Part shown: piece after piece, positions 44,750-54,785 of the stretch | Layout: the number at the start of each line of letters is the position of its first letter | How positions within the stretch are numbered: position 1 is the first letter of the stretch | Notes under the pieces: model-generated | The model's input: only the letters and a program-made list of their open reading frames with translations | What the model was told of the DNA's origin: nothing | Database searches by the model: none | Source: Clostridia bacterium | GTDB taxonomy: Bacteria; Bacillota; Clostridia; Christensenellales; Pumilibacteraceae | DNA: 54,982 nucleotides | Assembly: GCA_017396125.1 (NCBI GenBank) | Contig: JAFQMX010000040.1 | Span: 1 to 54,982, forward strand | Reading direction: 5' to 3' | Translations under genes and position numbers: made by a program

Positions 44750-45592
44750 TTATTCAGTTGCAGATTGTTGTGGTGTGGATTGTTGCTGGCGTTGGCGTCT
44801 TTCGCGACGGAATTTCAGAGGAGTTACGCCCACTGTTTTTTTGAATATTCTGCAAAAATACGCAACGTCCGAATATCCGCACTCAGCTGCAACAGCACTG
44901 ATGCTAAGGGTGGTTTCTTTCAAGAACTTCTTGGCGAGAGTCATGCGCTTTTCGATCAAATATTTTACAGGTGGCATGCCAAGATTTTCTTTGAACAGAT
45001 GAGTGATGAAAAACTTGTTGACTTTGAGATTTTTGCACACCGTGTCGATATTCTCGAGATGGAGATAGTGCTCGTCAAAATAATTCTTTGCGGTAAGGAA
45101 AACACGGTTTTTGTTGGAGAAAGTAGCCTCTGGAACAGAGGAGCGGAATACGCCCAGCAAAATGCATTTGAGCAGGTTTTCCATAAGATACTTGGCTACA
45201 AAGCCACGGCAGGTGGACTCTGATATCGCAGCTTCGAACAAAAGTTTTAGCGAAGTAAAGTACCTATCCCCCGGCAAAGTAGTAATCTCGTTTTCGACAA
45301 TAGGCTTTTCGGTCTTGAAGGCAATACAGATGGAGAAAATTTCGCCGTCAGCATCAAAAAACAAGCCTCTTTTGGTGTTCTTGTCTACGATAAAGAGGTC
45401 GTTTTCCGCAAAGTCATACATGGAGTTTTCGGTAATGAGCTTTCCGCTTCCGCGCACGACGTAGGCAAATTCATAGTGAGGGCAAGGATTGTGCAACGAA
45501 ATAGGCAAAGAAGTGGTAATTCGTTGTGCCGAAAAAAGCTTCGGCTTCATTTTTGTAATTTGTTTTCTGATTAGAGCCGGGTGTCCGTCCAT
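44750..45592 (-). CDS. AraC-family transcriptional regulator
   Basis: C-terminal double HTH (ISAVAAECGYSDVAYFCRIFKKTVGVTPLKFR). Cupin-like N-terminal domain. Confidence 0.85.
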   Translation of the reverse strand: MDGHPALIRKQITKMKPKLFSAQRITTSLPISLHNPCPHYEFAYVVRGSGKLITENSMYDFAENDLFIVDKNTKRGLFFDADGEIFSICIAFKTEKPIVENEITTLPGDRYFTSLKLLFEAAISESTCRGFVAKYLMENLLKCILLGVFRSSVPEATFSNKNRVFLTAKNYFDEHYLHLENIDTVCKNLKVNKFFITHLFKENLGMPPVKYLIEKRMTLAKKFLKETTLSISAVAAECGYSDVAYFCRIFKKTVGVTPLKFRRERRQRQQQSTPQQSATE

Positions 45593-45606
45593 AAAAAATC
45601 CTTTTT

Positions 45607-46422
45607 TTATTTTATTTTTACTCTCAGCGAACTGAGGTTAGTAATCTTTTCGAAATTGTCGTTGTTGCGAACGAGGAATTCCTCGGCAAGAGCACGGTAA
45701 GCAATCGAACCGCTGGAGCGTGGCTCGAACTGCATAATAGGCATGCCGTAACTAGGAGCTTCACCGAGCTTGACGTTGCGAGGAATACGCACGGAGAATA
45801 CCTTTTTACCAAAGTATCGGATGATTTCGCTGGCAACGCTGTTGACGAGATTGCTTCTGCCGTCGTACATAGTCAGCACAACGCCTTCTACTTCCAGCGA
45901 CGGATTGACGTGCTTTTTGGTGAGCTTTATTGTGTTCATGAGTTGGCTGAGACCTTCGAGCGCAAAAAACTCGCCTTGGATAGGAATCAATATCGAGTCA
46001 GCCGCAGCAAGCGCGTTGACTGTGAGCAGTCCCAGCGAAGGCGGGCAGTCAATAAAGATATAATCGTAAAGATTGCGCAACGGCAAAAGGTTCTTTTTCA
46101 GCACCTTTTCCCTGTCGGTAACATTAACCAGCTCGATTTCTGCGCCGGCAAGATCTATGTTGCTGGGGAGAATATCAAGGTTTTTTACCGAAGTATGCTT
46201 GATAACCTCCGAATATTCGGCTTCACCCGAAAAGAGATGATAGATCGAATATTTAAGCTTGCGTTTTTCGATACCGAGACCGCTGGAGCAGTTGCCCTGA
46301 GGGTCGATATCTATTGCCAAAACACGTTTACCCATGGTGGCAACGAAGCTTGCAAGATTAACGCAGGTAGTTGTTTTTCCTACACCGCCTTTTTGGTTGG
46401 CTATAGCAATAATTTTAGACAT
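45607..46422 (-). CDS. parA: ParA/Soj-family ATPase (no adjacent ParB)
   Basis: KIIAIANQKGGVGKTT deviant Walker A and DCPPSLG. SD GAGGT before ATG 46422. Confidence 0.9.
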   Translation of the reverse strand: MSKIIAIANQKGGVGKTTTCVNLASFVATMGKRVLAIDIDPQGNCSSGLGIEKRKLKYSIYHLFSGEAEYSEVIKHTSVKNLDILPSNIDLAGAEIELVNVTDREKVLKKNLLPLRNLYDYIFIDCPPSLGLLTVNALAAADSILIPIQGEFFALEGLSQLMNTIKLTKKHVNPSLEVEGVVLTMYDGRSNLVNSVASEIIRYFGKKVFSVRIPRNVKLGEAPSYGMPIMQFEPRSSGSIAYRALAEEFLVRNNDNFEKITNLSSLRVKIK

Positions 46423-46572
46423 AGTTACCTCGCAAAAAAACAATTTAGCAATACTTTCAAGTAATTATAACATTTTTTGATAATCAATGCAATAATTTTT
46501 TGACAAATTTTTTGCCTGATTGCTAATTTTTTATCGAAATTCACTAAATTTGCATAAGTTGTTGCGATTTTA

Positions 46573-46601
46573 TTTACAATTTTGCGTCGAGGTGTTATAA
46601 T
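46573..46601 (+). promoter_or_regulatory. sigma-A-type promoter abutting the ecfA1 start (possible leaderless transcript)
   Basis: TTTACA (46573-46578), 17 nt, TATAAT (46596-46601), with the ATG at 46608. An alternative upstream promoter is TTGACA at 46500 with an extended -10. Confidence 0.4.
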
Positions 46602-46607
46602 TCGGCT

Positions 46608-47435
46608 ATGAGTTTTATCGAAATCAAAAATGCAAAATATTCCTATAACGAAGGCACGGCTTCGGAAGTGCGCGCGGTCAACGATATTTCACTCAATATC
46701 GAGGAGGGCGAATTCGTCGCGCTCGTCGGGCACAACGGTAGCGGAAAGTCCACTATCGCCAAGCTTCTCAACGGGCTGGTTTTGCCGCAGCAGGGTACGG
46801 TTTCGGTAAACGGCATGCTTACCGCCGACAAAAGAAATTTGTTCGACATCCGCAAAACCTTGGGCGTTGTGTTCCAAAACCCCGACAACCAGATGGTAGC
46901 GACGATTATCGAGGACGATATTGCTTTTGGTCCGGAGAATATCGGCGTGCTTCCCGATGATATCAGGCAAAGGGTGGATTGGGCGCTTAAGAGCGTAGGA
47001 ATGTACGATTATAGGGGCGGTACTCCGTTTAGACTCAGCGGTGGGCAAAAGCAACGCGTCGCAATCGCGGGCGTTTTGGCGCTAAAGCCCAGAGTTATGG
47101 TGCTGGATGAATCCACTTCTATGCTCGACCCCGTGGGTAGAAACGAGGTTATGCGCGTGGTAGAAACGCTCAATAAAAAAGAAAAGATGACCGTAATTAT
47201 GATTACGCACTTTATGGAAGAAGCATTGCTTGCGGACAGAATAGTAGTGCTCGACAAAGGCAAGATACTTTTGGAGGGCGGAAGAGAAATTTTTGAGCAT
47301 CGCGAGGCAATAGAACGCGCGGGCTTGGATATTCCTATAGTAATGAAGGTGCGCGACAAGCTTGCCCAAATGGGTATGGAAATCAGTCGCGACATAAAGG
47401 ACGCTGACGCGCTTGTGGAGGAATTATGCCGATAG
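46608..47435 (+). CDS. ecfA1: energy-coupling factor transporter ATPase
   Basis: GHNGSGKST Walker A, LSGGQKQRVAIAG signature, VLDESTSMLD Walker B. Confidence 0.9.
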   Translation: MSFIEIKNAKYSYNEGTASEVRAVNDISLNIEEGEFVALVGHNGSGKSTIAKLLNGLVLPQQGTVSVNGMLTADKRNLFDIRKTLGVVFQNPDNQMVATIIEDDIAFGPENIGVLPDDIRQRVDWALKSVGMYDYRGGTPFRLSGGQKQRVAIAGVLALKPRVMVLDESTSMLDPVGRNEVMRVVETLNKKEKMTVIMITHFMEEALLADRIVVLDKGKILLEGGREIFEHREAIERAGLDIPIVMKVRDKLAQMGMEISRDIKDADALVEELCR

Positions 47436-48274
47436 TTCTTCAAAATTTGACTTATATTTATTCGCCGGGCACGCCGTTTGAGCGAAAAGCACTGGACGAT
47501 ATTACTTTTACTATAGACGACGGGGACTTTTTTGGAATAATAGGCCACACTGGTAGCGGAAAATCCACGCTTATCAGCCATTTTAACGGCCTCACCAAGC
47601 TTATGAGCGGAAAGCTTACCGTGGACGAGTTTGATTTGTCCAAAAAGTACGATTACAAGAGCCTGCGTAGCCGAGTGGGTATGGTTTTTCAGTACCCGGA
47701 ATACCAGCTTTTTGACGAAACGGTAAAAAAAGACGTGGGATTTGGCCCGAGAAATTTGGGACTAGCCGACGACGAAATCGAATTTAGAGTAAAAGAGGCG
47801 ATAGAGCTGGTTGGACTTAATTATTATGAAATAGCCGAGCGTTCGCCTTTTGAACTCAGCGGTGGACAAATGCGCAGGGTTGCACTTGCGGGCGTTCTTG
47901 CCATGAAACCGAAGATTTTGGTGCTTGACGAGCCTACTGCGGGGCTTGACCCTAGGGGGAAAAGGGAAATTCTTTCGCTTATTCGCAGTATAAAAAAGGA
48001 ATGCCCTACCATAATTATGATTTCGCATAATATGGACGAAATTGCTGAAAACTGCAACAAAATCGCCGTTTTGTCGGAGGGAAAGCTAAAGGGCGTATTC
48101 CGTCCCGACGAGCTTTTCCGCCAGACCGAGCTGATAAAATCGCTTAATATGGAGCTTCCTACCGTCACCTATTTGGCGACGCAACTCAACGCGCGTGGGT
48201 ACGATATAGACAAAGGAATCACCGACGTAGACGTTCTTGTGAAAGAAATCGCAAGAATAAAGGGGGTGGAGTAA
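47426..48274 (+). CDS. ecfA2: energy-coupling factor transporter ATPase
   Basis: GHTGSGKST, LSGGQMRRVALAG, VLDEPTAGLD. Overlaps the ecfA1 stop. Confidence 0.9.
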   Translation: MPIVLQNLTYIYSPGTPFERKALDDITFTIDDGDFFGIIGHTGSGKSTLISHFNGLTKLMSGKLTVDEFDLSKKYDYKSLRSRVGMVFQYPEYQLFDETVKKDVGFGPRNLGLADDEIEFRVKEAIELVGLNYYEIAERSPFELSGGQMRRVALAGVLAMKPKILVLDEPTAGLDPRGKREILSLIRSIKKECPTIIMISHNMDEIAENCNKIAVLSEGKLKGVFRPDELFRQTELIKSLNMELPTVTYLATQLNARGYDIDKGITDVDVLVKEIARIKGVE

Positions 48275-49173
48275 TGCGCGACGTTACTATGGGACAGTAC
48301 TATCCCGTAAAATCTCCTATTCACAGACTCGACCCAAGAATCAAGCTTATGGCGACGGTGATTTATATCGTAATGCTGTTTTTTATTCCAACTCTCAGTA
48401 ACTATCTTTCGAGAGGGGGGAATTTTGACGGATATTTGCTACTTGCGGGCGCGGGCTACGCTATCATAACGCTGTTTTTGCTCGTCGTGATATTGCTCAG
48501 CCGAGTGCCTCTGGGCAAGGTGCTGAAAAGCATAAAGGCAATAATCTATCTTATCACCTTTACGGCGGTGCTTTCGCTGTTCTTTTACGGCGGTGGCGAC
48601 GACGTGCATCTGATATTCAAATGGAAATTTTTGTCGCTGTCGCAGGAGAGTATCGTTACGGCAACGGCTATGGCGCTCAGGCTTATTTATCTCGTAATAG
48701 GGCCGTCTATGCTCACTTTTACAACAACGCCTGTGGAAATTACCGACGCGTTGGAAAGGTTACTAAAGCCTCTGACGCTCATTAAATTCCCTGTTCATAC
48801 GCTAGCTATGATAATGAGTATTGCGCTCCGCATGATTCCGTCGCTTATGGAAGAAACGGACAAAATCAAAAACGCCCAAAAGGCTCGTTGCGCCGACTTC
48901 GAAAGCGGTAACTTGATCAAGCGAGCAAAGGCGCTTTTGCCGATACTCGTACCGCTGTTTATTTCGGCGTTTCGTAGGGCGGAGGACCTTGCGCTTGCTA
49001 TGGACAGCAGATGCTACGCAGGGGCGAAGGGCAGGACGAGAATGAAGGTGCTAAAAATCCGCTTTGCCGATATTTTCGGCTTTTTGGTGGTAGTGGCGGT
49101 GTTCCTTTCGATATTGATTTTGCGTTACGATTGGTTTGGTGTGGCTAGTCAAATTTTGGCGTTTATTTTGTAA
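48274..49173 (+). CDS. ecfT: energy-coupling factor transporter transmembrane component
   Basis: HRLDPRIKL N-terminus, multiple TM helices, and ARCADF / AMDSRCY coupling-helix motifs. Confidence 0.88.
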   Translation: MRDVTMGQYYPVKSPIHRLDPRIKLMATVIYIVMLFFIPTLSNYLSRGGNFDGYLLLAGAGYAIITLFLLVVILLSRVPLGKVLKSIKAIIYLITFTAVLSLFFYGGGDDVHLIFKWKFLSLSQESIVTATAMALRLIYLVIGPSMLTFTTTPVEITDALERLLKPLTLIKFPVHTLAMIMSIALRMIPSLMEETDKIKNAQKARCADFESGNLIKRAKALLPILVPLFISAFRRAEDLALAMDSRCYAGAKGRTRMKVLKIRFADIFGFLVVVAVFLSILILRYDWFGVASQILAFIL

Positions 49174-49327
49174 GAGCTTTGACGCTAAATACCGTCACTA
49201 AAAATTTGGCAGTCGTTGTGTCGCAAATATGCGCATACGTTGGTAAAAAATTGCGACTACGACGTGGTGGTTTTTTAAACTGCTATGGCGGATAGATCGC
49301 TAGATGGATATAATTTTAGTTGTAAGT

Positions 49328-50047
49328 ATGAGAGTAAAGTTAGAAATAAGTTACGTAGGCGATGAATTTTGTGGTTGGCAAATTCAACCCGAACGAAGGA
49401 CCGTTCAGGGTGAGCTTTTGCGTGCACTAAAAAGCCTTACGGGCGAAGAACCGATTATTACGGGAAGTGGCAGGACGGATACCGGTGTGCACGCGCTTTG
49501 TCAGGTCGCTCACTTTGACCTTACTCGTAATTTTGAGATAAAAAAGATAAAAAGCGGGCTAAACTTTTATCTTCCGCAGTCTATAAGGATCTTGTCTGCA
49601 ATCGAGGTGGACGAGAGCTTTCACGCAAGATTTTCGGCAAAGTCCAAAACCTATGCGTACGTGTTTTCCACCAGCGACAACGCGCTGTACGTTTCGCGCG
49701 CTTTGTACGCGCCGGACCTCGATTACGGCAAAATGGCGGAGGCGGTGGGCGTGCTGAAAGGCAAGCATGATTTTTCGGCGTTTAGAAGCCTTGGTAGCGA
49801 TACCAAGACTACGGTGCGAGAAATTTTTGACCTGAGCCTTACTGCACGCGGTGATTTTTTTGTGCTCAAAGTTGTGGCAGACGGTTTTTTGTACAACATG
49901 GTGAGAAAGATTGCGGGTACGCTTATTAGAGTGGGAGAAGGTAAACTGGATGCAGACGGCTTGCGCGAAATTTTGCTTTCCAAGGACAATGCGCGCACTC
50001 CCGTTGCGCCTGCTCACGCGTTGTATCTTAGTAGCGTAGAATATTGA
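49328..50047 (+). CDS. truA: tRNA pseudouridine(38-40) synthase
   Basis: GSGRTDTGVHA catalytic Asp motif. Conserved ecfAAT-truA synteny. Alternative start at 49304. Confidence 0.9.
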   Translation: MRVKLEISYVGDEFCGWQIQPERRTVQGELLRALKSLTGEEPIITGSGRTDTGVHALCQVAHFDLTRNFEIKKIKSGLNFYLPQSIRILSAIEVDESFHARFSAKSKTYAYVFSTSDNALYVSRALYAPDLDYGKMAEAVGVLKGKHDFSAFRSLGSDTKTTVREIFDLSLTARGDFFVLKVVADGFLYNMVRKIAGTLIRVGEGKLDADGLREILLSKDNARTPVAPAHALYLSSVEY

Positions 50048-50146
50048 TTCGTCAAATCTTGTCCGTATGTTTGCCGAAGCAAACGGATCAATTTGTAGGT
50101 GCGTGTTTTTGCTACTAAAAGCGTTCGTTCTCGATATGCTTACCGC

Positions 50147-50180
50147 AAGAAAGGTAATTTTAATTGCCTTTCTTTTTATT
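50147..50180 (+). terminator. rho-independent terminator downstream of truA
   Basis: AAGAAAGG (50147-50154) / CCTTTCTT (50167-50174), then a T-run. Confidence 0.65.
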
Positions 50181-50212
50181 TGTCCTTTTTGGTGTTTGCC
50201 TGCTTGAAATCA

Positions 50213-50242
50213 TTGACTTATACACCGTATTTTTAGTATAAT
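50213..50242 (+). promoter_or_regulatory. sigma-A-type promoter for fhs
   Basis: TTGACT (50213-50218), 18 nt, TATAAT (50237-50242). Confidence 0.55.
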
Positions 50243-50372
50243 TAAAATGTGGTTTTGTTTGAAAAATCGTCAAAAAAAACGATAAAAAATTAGCGAAATG
50301 ATGCTAAAAATGCAAAAACCGCAATATTGAAAATAAATTAAATTTTGTGCGATTCGTACAAGTGGAGAAGAT

Positions 50373-52022
50373 ATGACGGATTTAGAAATAGCTAGAAGTT
50401 TTACTTACAAGCCTATAGCGGAAGTTGCAAAAAATTCTGGCTTCAATGAAAATGAAATAGAGCTTTACGGCAAGTATAAAGCGAAAATAGACGTTAACGA
50501 GTTTTATCCTAGTGCAAAGCTTATTTTGGTCACTGCAATCAATCCTAGCTCGCTGGGAGAGGGAAAAACTACCGTTTCGATAGGACTGGCGGATGCAATC
50601 AACCTTACGGGTAACAAATGTATGTTGGCTCTTCGCGAGCCGTCGCTTGGCCCGGTGTTTGGTATTAAGGGTGGCGCTGCAGGTGGCGGATATTCGCAGG
50701 TTGTGCCTATGGAGGATATTAATCTTCATTTCACCGGGGACATCCACGCGATTACTTCGGCAAACAACTTGCTTTCTGCGCTTATTGACAATCATATTTT
50801 CCAGGGCAACGATTTGCGCATAGATACGGAGCGAATTCTTTGGCGCAGATGTATGGACATGAACGACCGTAATTTGCGCTGCGTAAGGACGGGGCTTGGC
50901 GGAGAGAAAAACGGTATTCCTGCCGACAACGGATTTGATATTACCGCTGCGTCGGAGATTATGGCGATACTTTGTCTTAGCCGCGATTTGGCTGACCTAA
51001 AATGCCGACTTGGCAATATTCATATCGCTTACGACGTGGACGGCAAACCTGTTTTTGCAAAGCAGCTCAAGGCAGAGGGCAGTATGGCGCTACTACTAAA
51101 GGACGCAATAAAGCCTAATCTCGTGCAGACTTTGGCGGGCAACCCTGCGATAATTCACGGCGGGCCGTTTGCTAATATCGCTCACGGCTGCAACAGCATT
51201 AGAGCGACACTCACGGCTATGAGCCGTAGCGAGTATGTCGTTACCGAAGCGGGATTTGGCGCGGACCTTGGCGCAGAGAAATTTTTGGACGTTAAGTGTC
51301 GTGCAGGAGTTATCAAGCCGTCGGCTGTGGTAATAGTTGCTACCGTGCGCGCTCTCATGCTGGGCGGTGGCGCGGACAAAACAAATATCGGTCACGATAT
51401 CGAAACTCTCAAAAGAGGCGTTTGCAATCTTGGCAAGCACGTGGAGAATATTACCAAGGTATTCGGGCTTCCGTGCGTGGTTGCCATCAACCGCTTTACC
51501 TGCGATACCGACGAGGAAATCGGTGTAATCGAATCGTACTGTAATACTTTGGGTGTAGACGCAGTGCCTTGCGAGGTGTGGGCAAAAGGCGGAGAGGGCG
51601 GACTTGAGCTTGCCAAAAAGACGTTGGAGCTTTGCGAAAAGCCTAGCGAGCTTACCTATGCTTACGACCTTTCGGACAGTATCGAAAACAAGTTAAACTC
51701 TATCGTAACCAAAATTTACGGTGGCGACGGAATCGAGCTTTCGGACAAGGCAAAAAAGGAAATTGCAAAAATCAAAGAAATGGGCATGGACAAACTGCCC
51801 GTTATCATAGCAAAAACTCAGTATTCGCTGTCCGACAACCCAACTTTGCTGGGTAGACCAAGCGGATTTACCGTAAAAATCAGCGATATCAAGCTAAGGA
51901 GCGGAGCAGGGTTTATCGTGGCGATTGCCGGCAATATGTTGCTCATGCCGGGACTTTCCAAGACGCCTGCCGCTATGAATATGGACATAGACAACGACGG
52001 CAATATCACGGGATTGTTCTAA
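50373..52022 (+). CDS. fhs: formate--tetrahydrofolate ligase
   Basis: PSSLGEGKTT P-loop, EPSLGPVFGIKGGAAGGGY, length of about 550 aa. Confidence 0.95.
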   Translation: MTDLEIARSFTYKPIAEVAKNSGFNENEIELYGKYKAKIDVNEFYPSAKLILVTAINPSSLGEGKTTVSIGLADAINLTGNKCMLALREPSLGPVFGIKGGAAGGGYSQVVPMEDINLHFTGDIHAITSANNLLSALIDNHIFQGNDLRIDTERILWRRCMDMNDRNLRCVRTGLGGEKNGIPADNGFDITAASEIMAILCLSRDLADLKCRLGNIHIAYDVDGKPVFAKQLKAEGSMALLLKDAIKPNLVQTLAGNPAIIHGGPFANIAHGCNSIRATLTAMSRSEYVVTEAGFGADLGAEKFLDVKCRAGVIKPSAVVIVATVRALMLGGGADKTNIGHDIETLKRGVCNLGKHVENITKVFGLPCVVAINRFTCDTDEEIGVIESYCNTLGVDAVPCEVWAKGGEGGLELAKKTLELCEKPSELTYAYDLSDSIENKLNSIVTKIYGGDGIELSDKAKKEIAKIKEMGMDKLPVIIAKTQYSLSDNPTLLGRPSGFTVKISDIKLRSGAGFIVAIAGNMLLMPGLSKTPAAMNMDIDNDGNITGLF

Positions 52023-52128
52023 AAAGCTGTGTGACCGACGGCTAGCGGGGCAAAACGGCAAATTTTACTAAAAAATAGTGAAAACTGCCCAATAATCAGT
52101 TCAATCTTTGCTATTTCCGCGCAAACAC

Positions 52129-52158
52129 TTGCCAAATGTGTCACGTTTATAGTATAAT
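52129..52158 (+). promoter_or_regulatory. sigma-A-type promoter for guaA
   Basis: TTGCCA (52129-52134), 18 nt, TATAAT (52153-52158). Confidence 0.5.
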
Positions 52159-52211
52159 AACTTTCCACCCCCTGCAAGCAGGGGCGTTACATAATATTTA
52201 TGGAGCACAAT

Positions 52212-53735
52212 ATGAATCAATCGATTATTATTTTGGACTTTGGCGGTCAGTATAATCAGCTTATTGCAAGACGAGTACGAGAGCTCAAGGTTTACTGTGA
52301 GCTTTTGCCGTATACCACGCCTATCAAAACGATAAAAGAAAAAGATCCTATCGGTATAATTCTTACCGGTGGACCTAACAGCGTTTATCTCGAAAACGCA
52401 CCTTACGTAGAAAGAGAACTTTTTGAGCTCGGAATTCCTGTTCTTGGTATTTGCTACGGCTCTCAGCTTATGGCTCACGTTATGGGCGGACGAGTTGCTC
52501 CCGGCAAGACCGAGTACGGCAAGCAGATTTTGGAGCGTACCGAGGGCGCACTCTTTGAGGGAATCGAAAAGGGTAGTGTTTGCTGGATGAGTCACACCGA
52601 CTATATCGAGCAGATGCCAGAGGGCTTTGCTTCGGTTGCTTGCACAGCAAACTGTCCTGTTGCGGCGATGGAAAACAAGGAAAAGAAGCTTTACGGAGTT
52701 CAGTATCATCCGGAGGTTTTGCATACTGAAAAGGGAACGGAGCTTATTCGCAACTTCCTTTACAACGTATGTAACGCCGAAGGCAACTGGACTATGGAAA
52801 GCTTCGTGGACAAGCAGGTTAAGCTTCTCAAGGAAAAGATCGGAGACAAGAAAGTTCTCTGTGCTCTCTCCGGCGGAGTAGACAGCGCAGTTGCCGCAGC
52901 GCTCATTCACAAGGCTTGTCCTAACCTTATCTGTATCTTCGTTGACCACGGTTTGCTCCGTAAAGACGAGGCGGAAGAGGTCAAGAGAGTGTTCGGCGTA
53001 GAGCAAAAGATGAATCTCGTTGCAGTTGACGCATCCGAGCGTTTCCTCGGCAAGCTCAAGGGCGTAACCGATCCGGAAAAGAAGCGTAAGATCGTGGGCG
53101 AAGAATTTATCCGCGTGTTCGAAGAAGAATCTAAGAAAATTGGTAAAGTTGACTATCTCGTTCAGGGAACGATTTATGCCGACGTTATCGAAAGTGGATT
53201 TAAGGGTAGCGCTACCATAAAGAGCCACCACAACGTAGATGGACTTCCTAGCGTAGTTGATTTTAAAGAAATCGTAGAGCCTCTTCGTGATTTGTTCAAG
53301 GACGAGGTAAGAAAGTGCGGATTCGAGCTTGGACTTCCTGAGTCTGTAGTTATGCGTCAGCCGTTCCCAGGTCCTGGCCTTGCTATCCGTATTATAGGCG
53401 ACATCACCGAAGAAAAGCTTAACACCTTGCGTGAAGCGGATTTCATCTTCCGTGACGAAATCGCAAAGGCCGGCTGGGACAAAAAGATTTGGCAGTACTT
53501 CACCGTACTTACCGATACCCGTAGCGTAGGCGTAATGGGAGATTTCCGTACGTACGACCACACCCTTGCTTTGAGAGCTATTGATAGCGTGGACGGCATG
53601 ACGGCGGATTGGGTAAGAATTCCTTTCGACATTCTCGAAAAGGTCAGCACCCGTATCGTAAACGAGGTTAAGAACATCAACAGAGTAGTTTACGACATAA
53701 CCTCCAAGCCACCAGCAACCATCGAGTGGGAATAA
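52212..53735 (+). CDS. guaA: GMP synthase (glutamine-hydrolysing)
   Basis: [23 protein letters not shown] nucleophile, [10 protein letters not shown]-loop, C-terminal [11 protein letters not shown] 52212 has GGAG 6 nt upstream; ATG 52200 has no SD. Confidence 0.95.
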   Translation: MNQSIIILDFGGQYNQLIARRVRELKVYCELLPYTTPIKTIKEKDPIGIILTGGPNSVYLENAPYVERELFELGIPVLGICYGSQLMAHVMGGRVAPGKTEYGKQILERTEGALFEGIEKGSVCWMSHTDYIEQMPEGFASVACTANCPVAAMENKEKKLYGVQYHPEVLHTEKGTELIRNFLYNVCNAEGNWTMESFVDKQVKLLKEKIGDKKVLCALSGGVDSAVAAALIHKACPNLICIFVDHGLLRKDEAEEVKRVFGVEQKMNLVAVDASERFLGKLKGVTDPEKKRKIVGEEFIRVFEEESKKIGKVDYLVQGTIYADVIESGFKGSATIKSHHNVDGLPSVVDFKEIVEPLRDLFKDEVRKCGFELGLPESVVMRQPFPGPGLAIRIIGDITEEKLNTLREADFIFRDEIAKAGWDKKIWQYFTVLTDTRSVGVMGDFRTYDHTLALRAIDSVDGMTADWVRIPFDILEKVSTRIVNEVKNINRVVYDITSKPPATIEWE

Positions 53736-53748
53736 GAATTAAAAATGC

Positions 53749-53786
53749 AAGCAGTCTGAAACGAGTTCGTTTTGGACTGCTTTTAC
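53749..53786 (+). terminator. rho-independent terminator after guaA
   Basis: AAGCAGTC (53749-53756) / GACTGCTT (53775-53782) with an inner AAACG/CGTTT stem, then T's. Confidence 0.7.
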
Positions 53787-53828
53787 AGTTGAAAGCATTT
53801 TAACCGATAATAAATATTAGGAAAATTT

Positions 53829-54659
53829 ATGTATAACAAGGTTTACGTAGAAATCACCAATATCTGCAATATGAATTGCTCTTTTTGTCATGGCCACAGC
53901 CGTGCGCCCAGACAAATGAGCATACAAGAATTTGAGTGTATTCTCGGCAAATTGGCGGGGCAAACCAATTATATTTACTATCATTTGATGGGTGAGCCAC
54001 TCGTTCACCCTCAGCTACCTAACTTTATTAAAATGTCGGGTGCGCGCGGATACAAATCTATTATTACCACCAACGGCACGCTTTTGAGCGAGCGTCAGGA
54101 CGAAATTTTGGATGCCGGCGTGCACAAGGTGAATATATCTTTGCATAGCTTTGAAGAGGGCAAAACCGAGGATCACCTTGAGTACGTTGGTCGCTTGGCG
54201 GATTTTGCAAAAAAAGCGTCGGAGTTGGGCACGATCGTAGTTTTTCGTCTTTGGAACGAGGGATTTGATGACGGAAAAAATCAGTTGACGTTGGGCTTTT
54301 TACGGCAAAATATATCCGGCGAGTGGGCGGAAAATTCCCGTGGAATAAGGATTAGGGACAAAATCTTCGTCGAATTTGGTGAGCGATTTGAGTGGCCGGA
54401 TGGTAGTGCCGAGATTAAGGGCAATAGATTTAATTGCTACGGGCTAAAGGACCAGTTTGGTGTTCTCGTGGACGGAACGGTCGTTCCGTGTTGTCTGGAC
54501 AGCGACGGCGCTATAAGCCTCGGAAATATTTTCAGACAGGATATAAAGGAAATTTTGAATTCAAAAAGAGCGACGGATATTGTAGAGGGATTTAGGTGCG
54601 GAAAAGCATCCGAGGAACTGTGCAAAAGATGCGGTTACGCACAGCGCTTCGTCCGCTAA
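53829..54659 (+). CDS. radical SAM / SPASM-like domain protein
   Basis: CNMNCSFC (CxxxCxxC) at the N-terminus. C-terminal Cys cluster (VPCCLDSDG ... CKRCG). Confidence 0.75.
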   Translation: MYNKVYVEITNICNMNCSFCHGHSRAPRQMSIQEFECILGKLAGQTNYIYYHLMGEPLVHPQLPNFIKMSGARGYKSIITTNGTLLSERQDEILDAGVHKVNISLHSFEEGKTEDHLEYVGRLADFAKKASELGTIVVFRLWNEGFDDGKNQLTLGFLRQNISGEWAENSRGIRIRDKIFVEFGERFEWPDGSAEIKGNRFNCYGLKDQFGVLVDGTVVPCCLDSDGAISLGNIFRQDIKEILNSKRATDIVEGFRCGKASEELCKRCGYAQRFVR

Positions 54660-54712
54660 GCTTTTCACACAAAAATTCACGCAAATTTACATGCCAAAAC
54701 GTGAACGGATAG

Positions 54713-54785
54713 TGGATTGCGTAAAAACGTTGATTGCGCTATAATTTATGGCGACGGGAGGCGATTATGGATTTGCGTAAAAACG
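54713..54785 (+). promoter_or_regulatory. promoter plus repeated operator-like motif of the XRE gene
   Basis: TTGCGT (54717-54722), 17 nt, TATAAT (54740-54745). TGGATTGCGTAAAAACG (54713-54729) is repeated as TGGATTTGCGTAAAAACG (54768-54785), and there is a TGATTGCG half-copy at 54731. Confidence 0.5.

Noticed and set aside
50243-50372. Possible ZTP/THF riboswitch in the fhs leader, and similarly in the guaA leader (52159-52211).
   Set aside because: The leaders are AT-rich with only short hairpins (ATCGT-loop-ACGAT; CCCCT-loop-AGGGG). No conserved aptamer cores were recognised. A cmsearch run would be needed to be definitive.
52101-53561. 486-aa ORF antisense to guaA.
   Set aside because: guaA motifs on the plus strand are unambiguous. 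The antisense ORF would also run through the guaA promoter and leader.
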